Assembly: GCA_963706595.1 (NCBI GenBank) | Contig: OY970166.1 | Location: forward strand, 2,368,001 to 2,432,000 | From: an uncultured cyanobacterium | Lineage (GTDB): Bacteria; Cyanobacteriota; Cyanobacteriia; Cyanobacteriales; Nostocaceae | Reading direction: 5' to 3' | DNA: 64,000 nt | Shown: positions 1 to 8,900 of the stretch, in pieces | Numbering within the stretch: the stretch's first letter is position 1 | How the letters are laid out: each line of letters starts with the position of its first letter | Position numbers and translations under genes: made by a program | Notes under the pieces: model-generated | What the model was told of the DNA's origin: nothing | The model's input: only the letters and a program-made list of their open reading frames with translations | Database searches by the model: none

Positions 1-74
1 AGCATGACTGCTGAGAGCAAATACATATTGGTAAACATTCTGAGAGCATCTTCAAAAAACATATAGGTGGTCAT
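1..74 (-). CDS. Possible 5' end of a gene running off the left edge (MTTYMFFEDALRMFTNMYLLSAVM...)
   Basis: ATG at 74, open frame to the window edge, purine-rich GAAGGTGA upstream; too short to identify. Confidence 0.3.
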   Translation of the reverse strand, partial: MTTYMFFEDALRMFTNMYLLSAVM

Positions 75-644
75 TGCTTCACCTTCTCAACTTTACGCTG
101 CTAGTAGTTTTGGTTTTTCCACATGACTTAGTAGTTTTTGTAGAAAAATTTATATTAGTATCTTAACAAAACTTTAGCTAATACACGAGATCACTCGCAA
201 GTTTTTTTTTTAAGATTAGATGAACTTCATCAGCTTTCTGTCACAGAGAATACTGCAAAGGTTTCACTGTCATAATTATGGCTGAAAAAGTTTACGTAAA
301 TACTTCATTTAAGCAGAGACTTAAATTACAGAGCAAAAATAAATATTATGGAACCATCAAATTTACAAATATTTACGAAACGTTTGTCACTGCGTCTGAA
401 ATGGCTGGCATAGAAAGAAAATATCTTGATGGAATTTACTGAATAAATTATCAGTTATATGTATTTAAATTTACTTCAAAAATTTCTGAAGTTGAATTAT
501 TTATAAATATAGCAACCGCCAAGGAGGTGAGGACATTGTTGATTACTGAAAGCCTTGAAGCAACTTGGTTTTTACGGGCTAACGCCCCGCTTCGCTCTAA
601 ACGCAAGCCATACCCGCAGGGCTTTACAGCACTCAGCACTTTAC

Positions 645-855
645 TATCGCTCTTTTATGACTCTGAAAAAATAAAATATTCTTAGGTTGGGTTAAGCGCA
701 GCGCAACCCAACGAAACCAAGGATTGTTGGTGTTGGGTTACGCCTTCGGCAAACTACGTTAACGTTCCTCTACCCAACCTACGCCTAAATTCATCCAACT
801 CCTTGAAAATAAGGGTGAATGATTTTTATCCGACGAAAGTCATAAAAGAGCGCTA
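645..855. mobile_element. MITE-like element with terminal inverted repeats and a nested palindromic repeat
   Basis: tatcgctcttttatgact (645-662) vs agtcataaaagagcgcta (838-855), 17/18 inverted match; internal taggttggg...cccaacctac element also present at about 11525-11597. Confidence 0.6.
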
Positions 856-896
856 TGTAGGGGCGCAAGGCCTTGCGCCCCGACGAAAGATGTAGT

Positions 897-1832
897 TCAA
901 ATACATGAAAACTGATGTAAGCAGCGTTCAATTGTGGCTAAGACAGATTGGGAAAGTGATGGAAAATCATAACCACCTTCCAAACCAAAGATAATTTTAT
1001 GAGTTATTCCCAGACAAGCGTCTGTAAATAAAGCATAATTTTCTGGTTGTAAATTTGTATCAGCTAAAGGATCTGCCCTGTTACCATCATAACCAGCACT
1101 GACAATCAGTAAGTCTGCCTGAAAGTTAGCTAAAAACGGGATGGCTTTGTTTTCTAGTAGTGGCTGATATGTAGTGATATCACTACCAGGAGGTACAGGT
1201 AGGTTTAAAACATTGTCATAAAATCCAGGTTCAGTAGATTTCCCAGTTCCGGGATAAGACGGATATTGATGTAAAGAACAGTAGGCAATTTGGGGATGAG
1301 TTTCAACGATCGCCTGTGTACCATTACCATGATGCACATCCCAGTCTAAAATGGCGACACGGTTAACTCCTGGTTGTTCTAGGGCATATAAAGCTGCGAT
1401 CGCGGCATTGGAAAATAAGCAAAATCCCATCCCCGTATTACTTTCAGCATGGTGTCCTGGTGGACGTGTTAGGACAAAAGCCGGATTTTTTGTGGCGATT
1501 ACAGTATCAACTCCATCCATCCAAGCACTTACTGCTAACAACGCCACGTCATAACTGCGGGGGGAAACTGGTGTATCACCGTCTAAATAACCGCCACCAG
1601 TAGCAGCAATTTCTTTAACTTTATTGATATAGGTGGGAGTGTGCGCTTTTAATAGTGTAGACATCAGCGATCGCCTTTCTGATGCTGCGGTAGGCGATCG
1701 CCAAGTAATTTTTTCGGCAAAAGCGGCTGATTTCAGGGCATTAACTATAACTGTTAAGCGTTCTGGGCATTCTGGATGATATTTTCCAGTATTGTGATCC
1801 AGAAACTCGTGAGAATAAATGACTGGTAGCAT
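897..1832 (-). CDS. Histone deacetylase / acetoin-utilisation family deacetylase
   Basis: HPECPERL, RPPGHHA, GFCLFSN, DWDVHHGNGTQ, SAGYD and LEGGY motifs. Confidence 0.93.
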   Translation of the reverse strand: MLPVIYSHEFLDHNTGKYHPECPERLTVIVNALKSAAFAEKITWRSPTAASERRSLMSTLLKAHTPTYINKVKEIAATGGGYLDGDTPVSPRSYDVALLAVSAWMDGVDTVIATKNPAFVLTRPPGHHAESNTGMGFCLFSNAAIAALYALEQPGVNRVAILDWDVHHGNGTQAIVETHPQIAYCSLHQYPSYPGTGKSTEPGFYDNVLNLPVPPGSDITTYQPLLENKAIPFLANFQADLLIVSAGYDGNRADPLADTNLQPENYALFTDACLGITHKIIFGLEGGYDFPSLSQSVLATIERCLHQFSCI

Positions 1833-1871
1833 AAGGAGAAAAATATCAGCAATAAAATACTGAAATCATTT

Positions 1872-1981
1872 TATAGCAGTTATCGCTTGAGTGAGATACA
1901 AGAACCCCACCCCCAACCCCCTCCCCGCAAGCGAGGAGGGGGCTATGATGGATGTACTTCATTCAAGTGCATACCGCTATA
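1872..1981. repeat. Inverted-repeat-bounded element containing the GC-rich ccccctccccgcaagcgaggagggg repeat
   Basis: Imperfect ends tatagcagttatcgcttgagtga / tcattcaagtgcataccgctata; the core recurs at about 8720-8761 and 31735-31776. Confidence 0.6.
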
Positions 1982-1995
1982 TCCTGACTACTACC

Positions 1996-2214
1996 CTACT
2001 CTCGATCATCCATCAGTGTTTCATCAATTGGTTGCTCCAGCATTTCTGGGACTAAAGCGGGATTTCCCCGACGTTCCGCAGGCGATTGTCCTCTGATCAC
2101 ATCATCCATTTTGGGAGGATGTTTAATCATGTCCAGCACCTCTGGACTTAATTGAGATGCAGCATCTTCTGGATGAGTTTTTTCCCTGGGATTGGGAACT
2201 TTTTCCTGATTCAT
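1996..2214 (-). CDS. Small acidic hypothetical protein (72 aa)
   Basis: ORF with AGGAG ribosome-binding site upstream of the ATG. Confidence 0.7.
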   Translation of the reverse strand: MNQEKVPNPREKTHPEDAASQLSPEVLDMIKHPPKMDDVIRGQSPAERRGNPALVPEMLEQPIDETLMDDRE

Positions 2215-2376
2215 GGAAAACTCCTTTAACTGCTAGTCTTCACCTTAAGATATATTGTGGCGAGGCGGAAACTATCTTGAGACTTAAATTGCTATTTTTA
2301 AGCATCTCTCAACAGTAGCTATGGTGGGCTGCATTAAAGTGGTAATTTGTAAACATCCTCTAGATATAATAATGAT

Positions 2377-2504
2377 ATATAGGAGACGCGCTCAAATGAA
2401 ATATAGGAGACGCGATTAAATGAAATATAGAAGACGCGATTAAATGAAATATAGAAGACGCGATCAAATAAAATATAGAAGACGCGATCAATCGCGTCTC
2501 TACA
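2377..2504. repeat. 24-bp tandem repeat (4 full units plus a final unit ending in a palindrome)
   Basis: Units atatag(g/a)agacgcg(c/a)t(c/t)aaat(g/a)aa at 2377, 2401, 2425, 2449; a fifth at 2473 ends agacgcgatcaatcgcgtct. Confidence 0.9.
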
Positions 2505-2632
2505 AGAATAAATAATCAATTAACTACAGATAAATTACTAAATGCTATGGTTACGCGCATCTATGGCTAGGTCATACCAGCGATTATAGGGAATTGATAT
2601 GGCAATCCTAAATTAGTTATGAACCTAAAGAA

Positions 2633-2665
2633 AGATCACCAACTTCTTTAAGAAGTCGGGGATCT
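2633..2665. repeat. Dispersed palindrome agatccccgacttcttNNagaagtcggggatct
   Basis: Related copies at 19716-19750 and 33965-33997. Confidence 0.8.
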
Positions 2666-3012
2666 GAGTCAATTGGATCAGATTTTTTTGAGGAATAAAA
2701 TATTACTAATCAATTTATTTAGCTGATAAACTGCATTTATAATAAAGTCTTAAATAAGGATTTAATAGATTATTTCTTAGAAAAAAAATCACCTAAAAAG
2801 CAACTTGTAAAAAATTTCATATAGCAGCCTATAAAAAATTAACTTTTAAATTTTAACTTCTGATGTTGGAGCTAGTTCGTTTATCGGCAAAACACCAGTC
2901 TATGTGTTAGAATGTTAACAAAATATGGCAATTATTCAAGATTAATTGAGAATAATTTGACGCTTGCAAAAGCGTAAGGGCTAAAATCTACATTTTTGGA
3001 GTTTTTTAGGTT

Positions 3013-5653
3013 ATGACAACCTCACAGGAGAGGATTATCCCGACAGACTTGCGGAACGAAATGTCGCAGTCTTATCTGGAATACGCCATGAGTGTTATTG
3101 TGGGTCGGGCGCTCCCAGATGCCAGGGATGGTCTGAAACCTGTGCATCGTCGCATCCTCTACGCAATGCACGAGCTGGGTCTGATGCACGATCGCCCGTT
3201 TCGGAAATGCGCCCGTGTAGTCGGGGAAGTGTTGGGTAAATATCACCCCCACGGCGATACAGCAGTGTATGATGCTTTGGTGCGGATGGCACAGGATTTT
3301 TCCATGCGATCGCCCCTAATTAACGGGCATGGTAACTTTGGTTCAGTAGACAACGATCCGCCGGCGGCAATGCGGTACACAGAATGTCGTTTGCAAGCCT
3401 TAACTAATCTGTCTCTACTGCAAGACATTGAATCAGAAACCGTCGATTTCATCGATAACTTCGACGGTTCCCAACAAGAACCCACAGTATTACCATCACG
3501 CATCCCCCAATTATTGCTGAATGGTTCCTCCGGAATTGCCGTGGGGATGGCTACGAATATTCCTCCCCACAACTTGGGCGAATTGATTGATGGTTTGGTA
3601 GCCCTGATTCATAATCCAGAGATCACCGACCTGGAATTAATGGAGAACTATATTCAGGGGCCAGACTTTCCCACCGGGGCGCAGGTTTTAGGAACATCTG
3701 GGATTCGGGAAGCTTACACCACTGGACGGGGTTCCATTACCATGCGTGGTGTGGCTACCATTGAAACCGTCGAACAACGAGGACGGCAGGATCGGGAAGC
3801 AATTATTATCACCGAGTTGCCTTACCAAACCAACAAAGCGGCGTTGATTGAAAAAATCGCCGATATGGTGAATGAGAAGCGGTTAGAGGGAATTGCAGAC
3901 ATCCGGGACGAAAGCGATCGCGACGGGATGAGAATTGTAATTGAACTGAAACGCGATTCTTACCCCCGTGTAGTCCTCAATAATCTTTACAAGCAAACCC
4001 CACTCCAAGCCAACTTTGGGGCGAATATGCTGGCGTTGGTGAATGGTAAACCGGAAATCCTCAACCTCAAGAAGTTCTTAGAAGTCTTCTTAGATTTCCG
4101 CATCGAATCCATTACCAGACGCACCCGCTACGAACTGCGAAAAGCCGAAGCCCGTGATCATCTCTTACAAGGGTTATTAATTGCCTTATCGCAGTTAGAT
4201 GCAATTATCGTCTTAATTCGTCACGCACCCGACGCACCCACAGCCAAAGGAGAGTTAATTACAAACTACGGGCTGTCAGAAGTGCAAGCTGACGCTATTT
4301 TGCAGATGCAACTGCGGCGTTTGACTGCCTTAGAAGCAGATAAAATTCGTCAAGAACACGAAGACTTACAAACGCAGATTGCCGATTTGCAAGATATTTT
4401 GGCACGGCGAGAACGGATACTAGAAATCATTGAAACCGAAATCGCTCAGTTAAAAGAAAGCTTTTCTACACCCCGGCGCACAGTAATTTTACCTGGAGAA
4501 GGCGAAATAGATGAGCGTGATTTGATTGCCAATGAAAAAGCGATCATTCTCGTCACAGAGCAAGGTTACATCAAACGGATGCCTGTCAACACCTTTGAAG
4601 CTCAAAGCCGTGCTACCAGAGGTAAAGCTGCTGCTAAGGTCAAAGATGATGATACCATTGAGCATTTCTTGACTTGCTGCGACCATGACAGTATTTTATT
4701 CTTTAGCGATCGCGGTGTCGTCTACTGCTTAAAAGCTTATCAAATTCCCGTGAGTTCCCGTACCAGTCGCGGTACAGCCATTGTACAAATGCTGCCCATT
4801 CCCAGGGAAGAAAAAATCACCTCAATTGTCCCCGTAGACGAGTTTAGCCGGGAAGAATATCTAGTGATGCTCACCAAAGGCGGCAACATTAAGAAAACCG
4901 AACTAGCTGCATTTAGTAACATTAGGGCTAACGGCTTAATTGCCATTTCTCTGGAAGAAGGCGACCAACTGCGCTGGGTGAGACGGGCGCGAGTTGAGGA
5001 CAGCATCTTAGTTGGTTCTCGTCTAGGTATGGCCATTCACTTTAGATGTACCCATGAACAGTTGCGTCCTTTAAGTAGAGCAACTCGTGGAGTCAGAGCC
5101 ATGAAACTGAAGAAAGGGGATGAATTGGTAGGAATGGACATACTTCCAGCCGCCATTCTGGACACCTTAAATACAGATGAACCCGAAACCGCAGAAACCG
5201 AAGCAGTAGAAATCGAAGCAGCAGAAACCGAAGCCGTAGAAACCGAAAATCAGGAGGAAACCGCAGAAGTAGCAAGTACCGGCAGTATACGGCCCTTGGG
5301 TGTTGGTAATTACAATGGGCGGATATGGCAAACGCGTTCCCGTCGCCCAATTCCGACTACAAAACCGTGCTGGTCAGGGTTTAATGGCTACCAAATTCAA
5401 AAACCGTAAAGGCAAAGACAAATTAGCCACCTTACGCATTGTTAATAATGACGATGATGAAATCATGATGGTAACAAAGCGTGGTATTATTATCCGTCAA
5501 GCAGTGAATGCGATTTCCATACAATCGCGGTCAGCAACTGGCGTAAGAGTGCAGCGTCTCGATGAAGAAGATGCCATTAACGGTGTAGCCATAGTTCCTC
5601 CTGATGCAGTTGATGATGTTGACGTGGTGGATGTGCTGGAAGAAGCTGAGTAA
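3013..5653 (+). CDS. gyrA: DNA gyrase subunit A (one +1 frameshift near 5289; about 879 aa if restored)
   Basis: [28 protein letters not shown] (catalytic Tyr), GyrA-box-like QSRATRG; the C-terminal pinwheel continues in ORF 5300-5653. Confidence 0.95.
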
Positions 5654-5678
5654 AAAACACAGGGAGAAGCTAATTGTC

Positions 5679-5845
5679 TTAGAGGGTGTTTGAAAAGTTT
5701 TGGGCGAATATAATTCGCTACTACACAAGCAAAGTCCACCTCCGTGGACTAATGGAAAATTAAGGTTTTTAACCCGCGCAGGCGGGTTTAGCTTGTATAG
5801 CCGCGACTTCTAGTCGCCAGGATTGTTTTTCAAACAGCCTCTTAA
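5679..5845. repeat. Inverted-repeat-bounded intergenic element with internal hairpins
   Basis: ttagagggtgtttgaaaa ... ttttcaaacagcctcttaa; internal hairpins agtccac...gtggact and aacccgc...gcgggtt. Confidence 0.6.
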
Positions 5846-5959
5846 GACTTACGCAAGAACTCTCTAAAACTCTTATTTCTTCGTGTCCTTAGCGTTCTTC
5901 TCCCAAAGGGAGAGGCTAGTGCCAATGCGGTTCGTTTTTCCATGATTTTGCGTAAGTCT
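5845..5959. repeat. MITE-like element overlapping the lnt start codon
   Basis: Perfect inverted repeat agacttacgcaa (5845) / ttgcgtaagtct (to 5959); internal ttctcccaaagggagaggctag also present at about 22230. Confidence 0.6.
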
Positions 5960-7537
5960 CATACCTTACTCCCTTACTTAATCGCCTTAGCCAGTGGTGT
6001 ATTGATGGGGCTAACAGTAGCCCCAGTCGGTGCATGGTTTTTGGCATGGATTGCCCTAGCGCCCCTGTGGGTATTAGTTCTTACCTCTACCTCCTCTCCC
6101 CTCCTCCTAGCCCTAGCCTGGGGTGTGGGCTATCACGGAGTCGCCCTATCCTGGATTACCGGCATTCATCCAATGAATTGGTTGGGCGTTCCTTGGTTGC
6201 CGAGTTTAGCAATTACCTTGTTTTGTTGGTCATTTATCAGCCTCTACGGGGGTTCCCTCGTTACCCTCTGGGCAGCTGCTATGACTCGTTTCACTGTAAA
6301 AAACACTTGGCAGCGTGTTCTAATTGGTACAGCTATATGGTGTGCCTTAGAAAGCCTGTGGAGTGCAAGCCCCCTGTGGTGGAGTTCACTAGCTTATACC
6401 CAAAGTCCCCACAACCTAGTAATATTACACCTCGGTCAACTCTCCGGTGCGAACACAGTCACAGCCGTCATAGTTGCAGTCAATGGATTCATAGCCGAAG
6501 CCTGGATAAACCGCCCAGCAAAAACTTCCTCTGTGTCACGCCATTTGCTACAACGCGGGGAACCCGCGCAAAGCAATGGCTCCTCTGCGCCTCTGCGGTT
6601 GGTAAATAAAAACTTAGCCTCCGCCGCAGCAATATTAATTACCCTTCATCTTCTGGGTTTTTACTTGTATAGCCGTCCCCTAGCCCAACCACCAGAAGCC
6701 GCATTAAAAGTGGGAATTATCCAAGGTAATATTCCCAACGAAATTAAACTTATACCCCAAGGTTTGCGACAGGCGATCGCAGGTTACACCACTGGATATT
6801 ACAATCTAGTAGATCAAGGTGTAGATGCAGTCCTCACCCCAGAAACCGCCTTACCATATTTCCAGCGCGACTTACCCAACACCAGCTTAGTGCAAGCAGT
6901 GGCAGAAAAAGGCGTAGTTGCCTGGATTGGGGCATTTGGACAAAGGGAACGCAGTTATACAAATAGTTTATTTACCTTCACTGGTAACGGTGAAATTTTC
7001 AGCCGTTACGACAAAACCAAATTAGTCCCATTAGGCGAATATATCCCCTTTGAGGGCATTTTCGGCGGCATAATTCAGCGCTTATCACCTTTAAATGCCC
7101 ATCAAGTCCCAGGTTCCACAAATCAGATATTTGATACCCCCTTTGGTCGGGCAATAGTTGGTATTTGTTATGATTCCGCATTTCCCGAATTATTTCGCCG
7201 GCAAGCTGCTGCGGGTGGGCAATTTATTCTCAGTGCTTCTAACGACGCTCATTACACTGCATCTATGCCATTTCAGCATCACGCCTTAGATATGATGCGG
7301 GCGATTGAAACCGATAGATGGACAGTCAGGGCGACGAATACGGGATATTCAGCCTTTGTAGATCCTCATGGGAGAACCTTATGGATATCTAGATATAACA
7401 CATACCAAACTCATGCAGAAACCATATACAAACGACAAACTCAAACTTTGTATGTGCGTTGGGGCGATTGGTTGACAGTTTTGTTGTTGGGTTTGAGTGT
7501 CTTAGATTGGGTTACATCATACCTTTTGGCAAAATGA
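5942..7537 (+). CDS. lnt: Apolipoprotein N-acyltransferase
   Basis: Multi-TM N-terminus; IIQGNI, PETA, KLVPLGEYIP, ICYDS, SNDAHY, RAIETDR, ATNTGYS nitrilase-fold motifs. Confidence 0.93.
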   Translation: MILRKSHTLLPYLIALASGVLMGLTVAPVGAWFLAWIALAPLWVLVLTSTSSPLLLALAWGVGYHGVALSWITGIHPMNWLGVPWLPSLAITLFCWSFISLYGGSLVTLWAAAMTRFTVKNTWQRVLIGTAIWCALESLWSASPLWWSSLAYTQSPHNLVILHLGQLSGANTVTAVIVAVNGFIAEAWINRPAKTSSVSRHLLQRGEPAQSNGSSAPLRLVNKNLASAAAILITLHLLGFYLYSRPLAQPPEAALKVGIIQGNIPNEIKLIPQGLRQAIAGYTTGYYNLVDQGVDAVLTPETALPYFQRDLPNTSLVQAVAEKGVVAWIGAFGQRERSYTNSLFTFTGNGEIFSRYDKTKLVPLGEYIPFEGIFGGIIQRLSPLNAHQVPGSTNQIFDTPFGRAIVGICYDSAFPELFRRQAAAGGQFILSASNDAHYTASMPFQHHALDMMRAIETDRWTVRATNTGYSAFVDPHGRTLWISRYNTYQTHAETIYKRQTQTLYVRWGDWLTVLLLGLSVLDWVTSYLLAK

Positions 7538-7610
7538 TCACGTAGCAATTGAGAAAAATTATTATTGTACTTAACCCCAAAAGTAAGGTATATTTTAATT
7601 TAAAAGTTCC

Positions 7611-7645
7611 TAATTGAGAATTAGAGTAATTAATTATCTCAAATT
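7611..7645. promoter_or_regulatory. Putative Fur-type iron box upstream of the AraC gene
   Basis: AT-rich imperfect palindrome ttgagaatta...taattatctcaa just before an iron-uptake regulator; second half-site aattgagaaaaatt at about 7547. Confidence 0.5.
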
Positions 7646-7656
7646 GCTGTCAAAAT

Positions 7657-8670
7657 ATGATGGAAGTGATTACGGCAGAAAGGCTTGAGGAAATTGAACA
7701 AGAAAGCCTAGTGCAGTCCGAGACTGTAGAGAATAGCTTTAACGAAATCAAGAAATGGGACAGTATATTTAGTAACGGTTATTATCAGCTAGTTCAGCTG
7801 CGTCCAGGATTAAATTTGAGCATTACTGATGAAACTTATTATCAGGCAATTAATTGTCACAATAATCACTATGGATTTTATGAGCTAACGTCTAAATTTT
7901 ATCTTTCCGGGAATCATGGCGTAATTTGTCCCAGTATTGCCGGAGTTAAGGACAATTATCAAGAGATAGCGGGAAATAACTACTTATTTTATTTACCAGA
8001 TATTGAAGAAATTGAGCAAAATTTTTCAGGCGATCGCATCTATTTAATTAAAATTTGTTTAGAATTAGATTTATTGAAATCCTTCATTAATGGACAAGAC
8101 CAGATACCAAAACAATTACGTCCTTTTTTAGAAAGTGATTCTGCACCACGCTTTCATCAACCAGTTGGTAAAATCACCCGTTCCATGCAGACAGCGTTAC
8201 AACAAATTATTCATGTCCCGTTTGACGGGATGCTACAGCGCATCTATCTGGAAGGTAAGGTATTAGAGTTACTGGCTTTGCAATTTGCCCAACTCATAGA
8301 CACAGATCCAGTTAAAAAACCCTTAATTAACTTGAAATCAGCCGATATTGAGAAAATATATCAAGCACGGGATATCTTAACTCGTAACTACGAACATCCA
8401 CCCTCGCTGCTCGATTTAGCGCAACAAATCGGTATAAATGATAACAAATTAAAATATGGTTTTAAAGAACTGTTTGGTACTACAGTATTTGGATATTTGC
8501 GGGATTATCGCCTAGAAATAGCGCGAAAGCTGCTACAAGAACAAAAACAGAATGTCAGAACCGTAGTAAATACCATTGGTTACGCCAATCAAAGTCACTT
8601 CGCCGCCGCATTTAAGCGTAAATTTGGGATGACTCCCCAAGATTGCCGGTTAGGGAAAAAGGCTGTCTAA
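7657..8670 (+). CDS. AraC-family (PchR-like) transcriptional regulator
   Basis: C-terminal double HTH: PPSLLDLAQQIG...GFKELFGTTVFGY...GYANQSHFAAAFKRKFG. Confidence 0.92.
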   Translation: MMEVITAERLEEIEQESLVQSETVENSFNEIKKWDSIFSNGYYQLVQLRPGLNLSITDETYYQAINCHNNHYGFYELTSKFYLSGNHGVICPSIAGVKDNYQEIAGNNYLFYLPDIEEIEQNFSGDRIYLIKICLELDLLKSFINGQDQIPKQLRPFLESDSAPRFHQPVGKITRSMQTALQQIIHVPFDGMLQRIYLEGKVLELLALQFAQLIDTDPVKKPLINLKSADIEKIYQARDILTRNYEHPPSLLDLAQQIGINDNKLKYGFKELFGTTVFGYLRDYRLEIARKLLQEQKQNVRTVVNTIGYANQSHFAAAFKRKFGMTPQDCRLGKKAV

Positions 8671-8782
8671 ACCAAAGAGATTTTCCAGTCCTAACAAGAG
8701 AATTTAACTGTAAATCCAGTTCCCCTCCTCGCTTGCGGGGAGGGGCTAGGGGTGGGGTCTTCATGTCATAATTTACTCACAT

Positions 8783-8813
8783 TCTCCGTCTAGGGTTCAA
8801 AACTCTCCGTCTA
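8783..8813 (+). promoter_or_regulatory. Direct repeat tctccgtcta x2 with 21-bp period; candidate AraC operator
   Basis: Exact 10-mers at 8783 and 8804 upstream of the receptor gene; palindrome ttgctaattattagcaa at about 8863-8879 is Fur-box-like. Confidence 0.45.
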
Positions 8814-8900
8814 CTGTATAGACTTGACCTGTATAAATTACATAAACTCTTCCCACAGATAGTTGCTAATTATTAGCAATATTTAATTTGCATTTGTGGA

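Noticed and set aside
2377..2504. CRISPR array
   Set aside because: Units are directly adjacent with no unique spacers, and no cas genes are present
2334..2519. 61-aa ORF with repeated RVFYISFN
   Set aside because: It is a translation of the 24-bp tandem repeat
3013..5653. Naturally split gyrA, intein or programmed frameshift
   Set aside because: No intein motifs or slippery run; a one-base repair restores the frame and similar indels recur across the window
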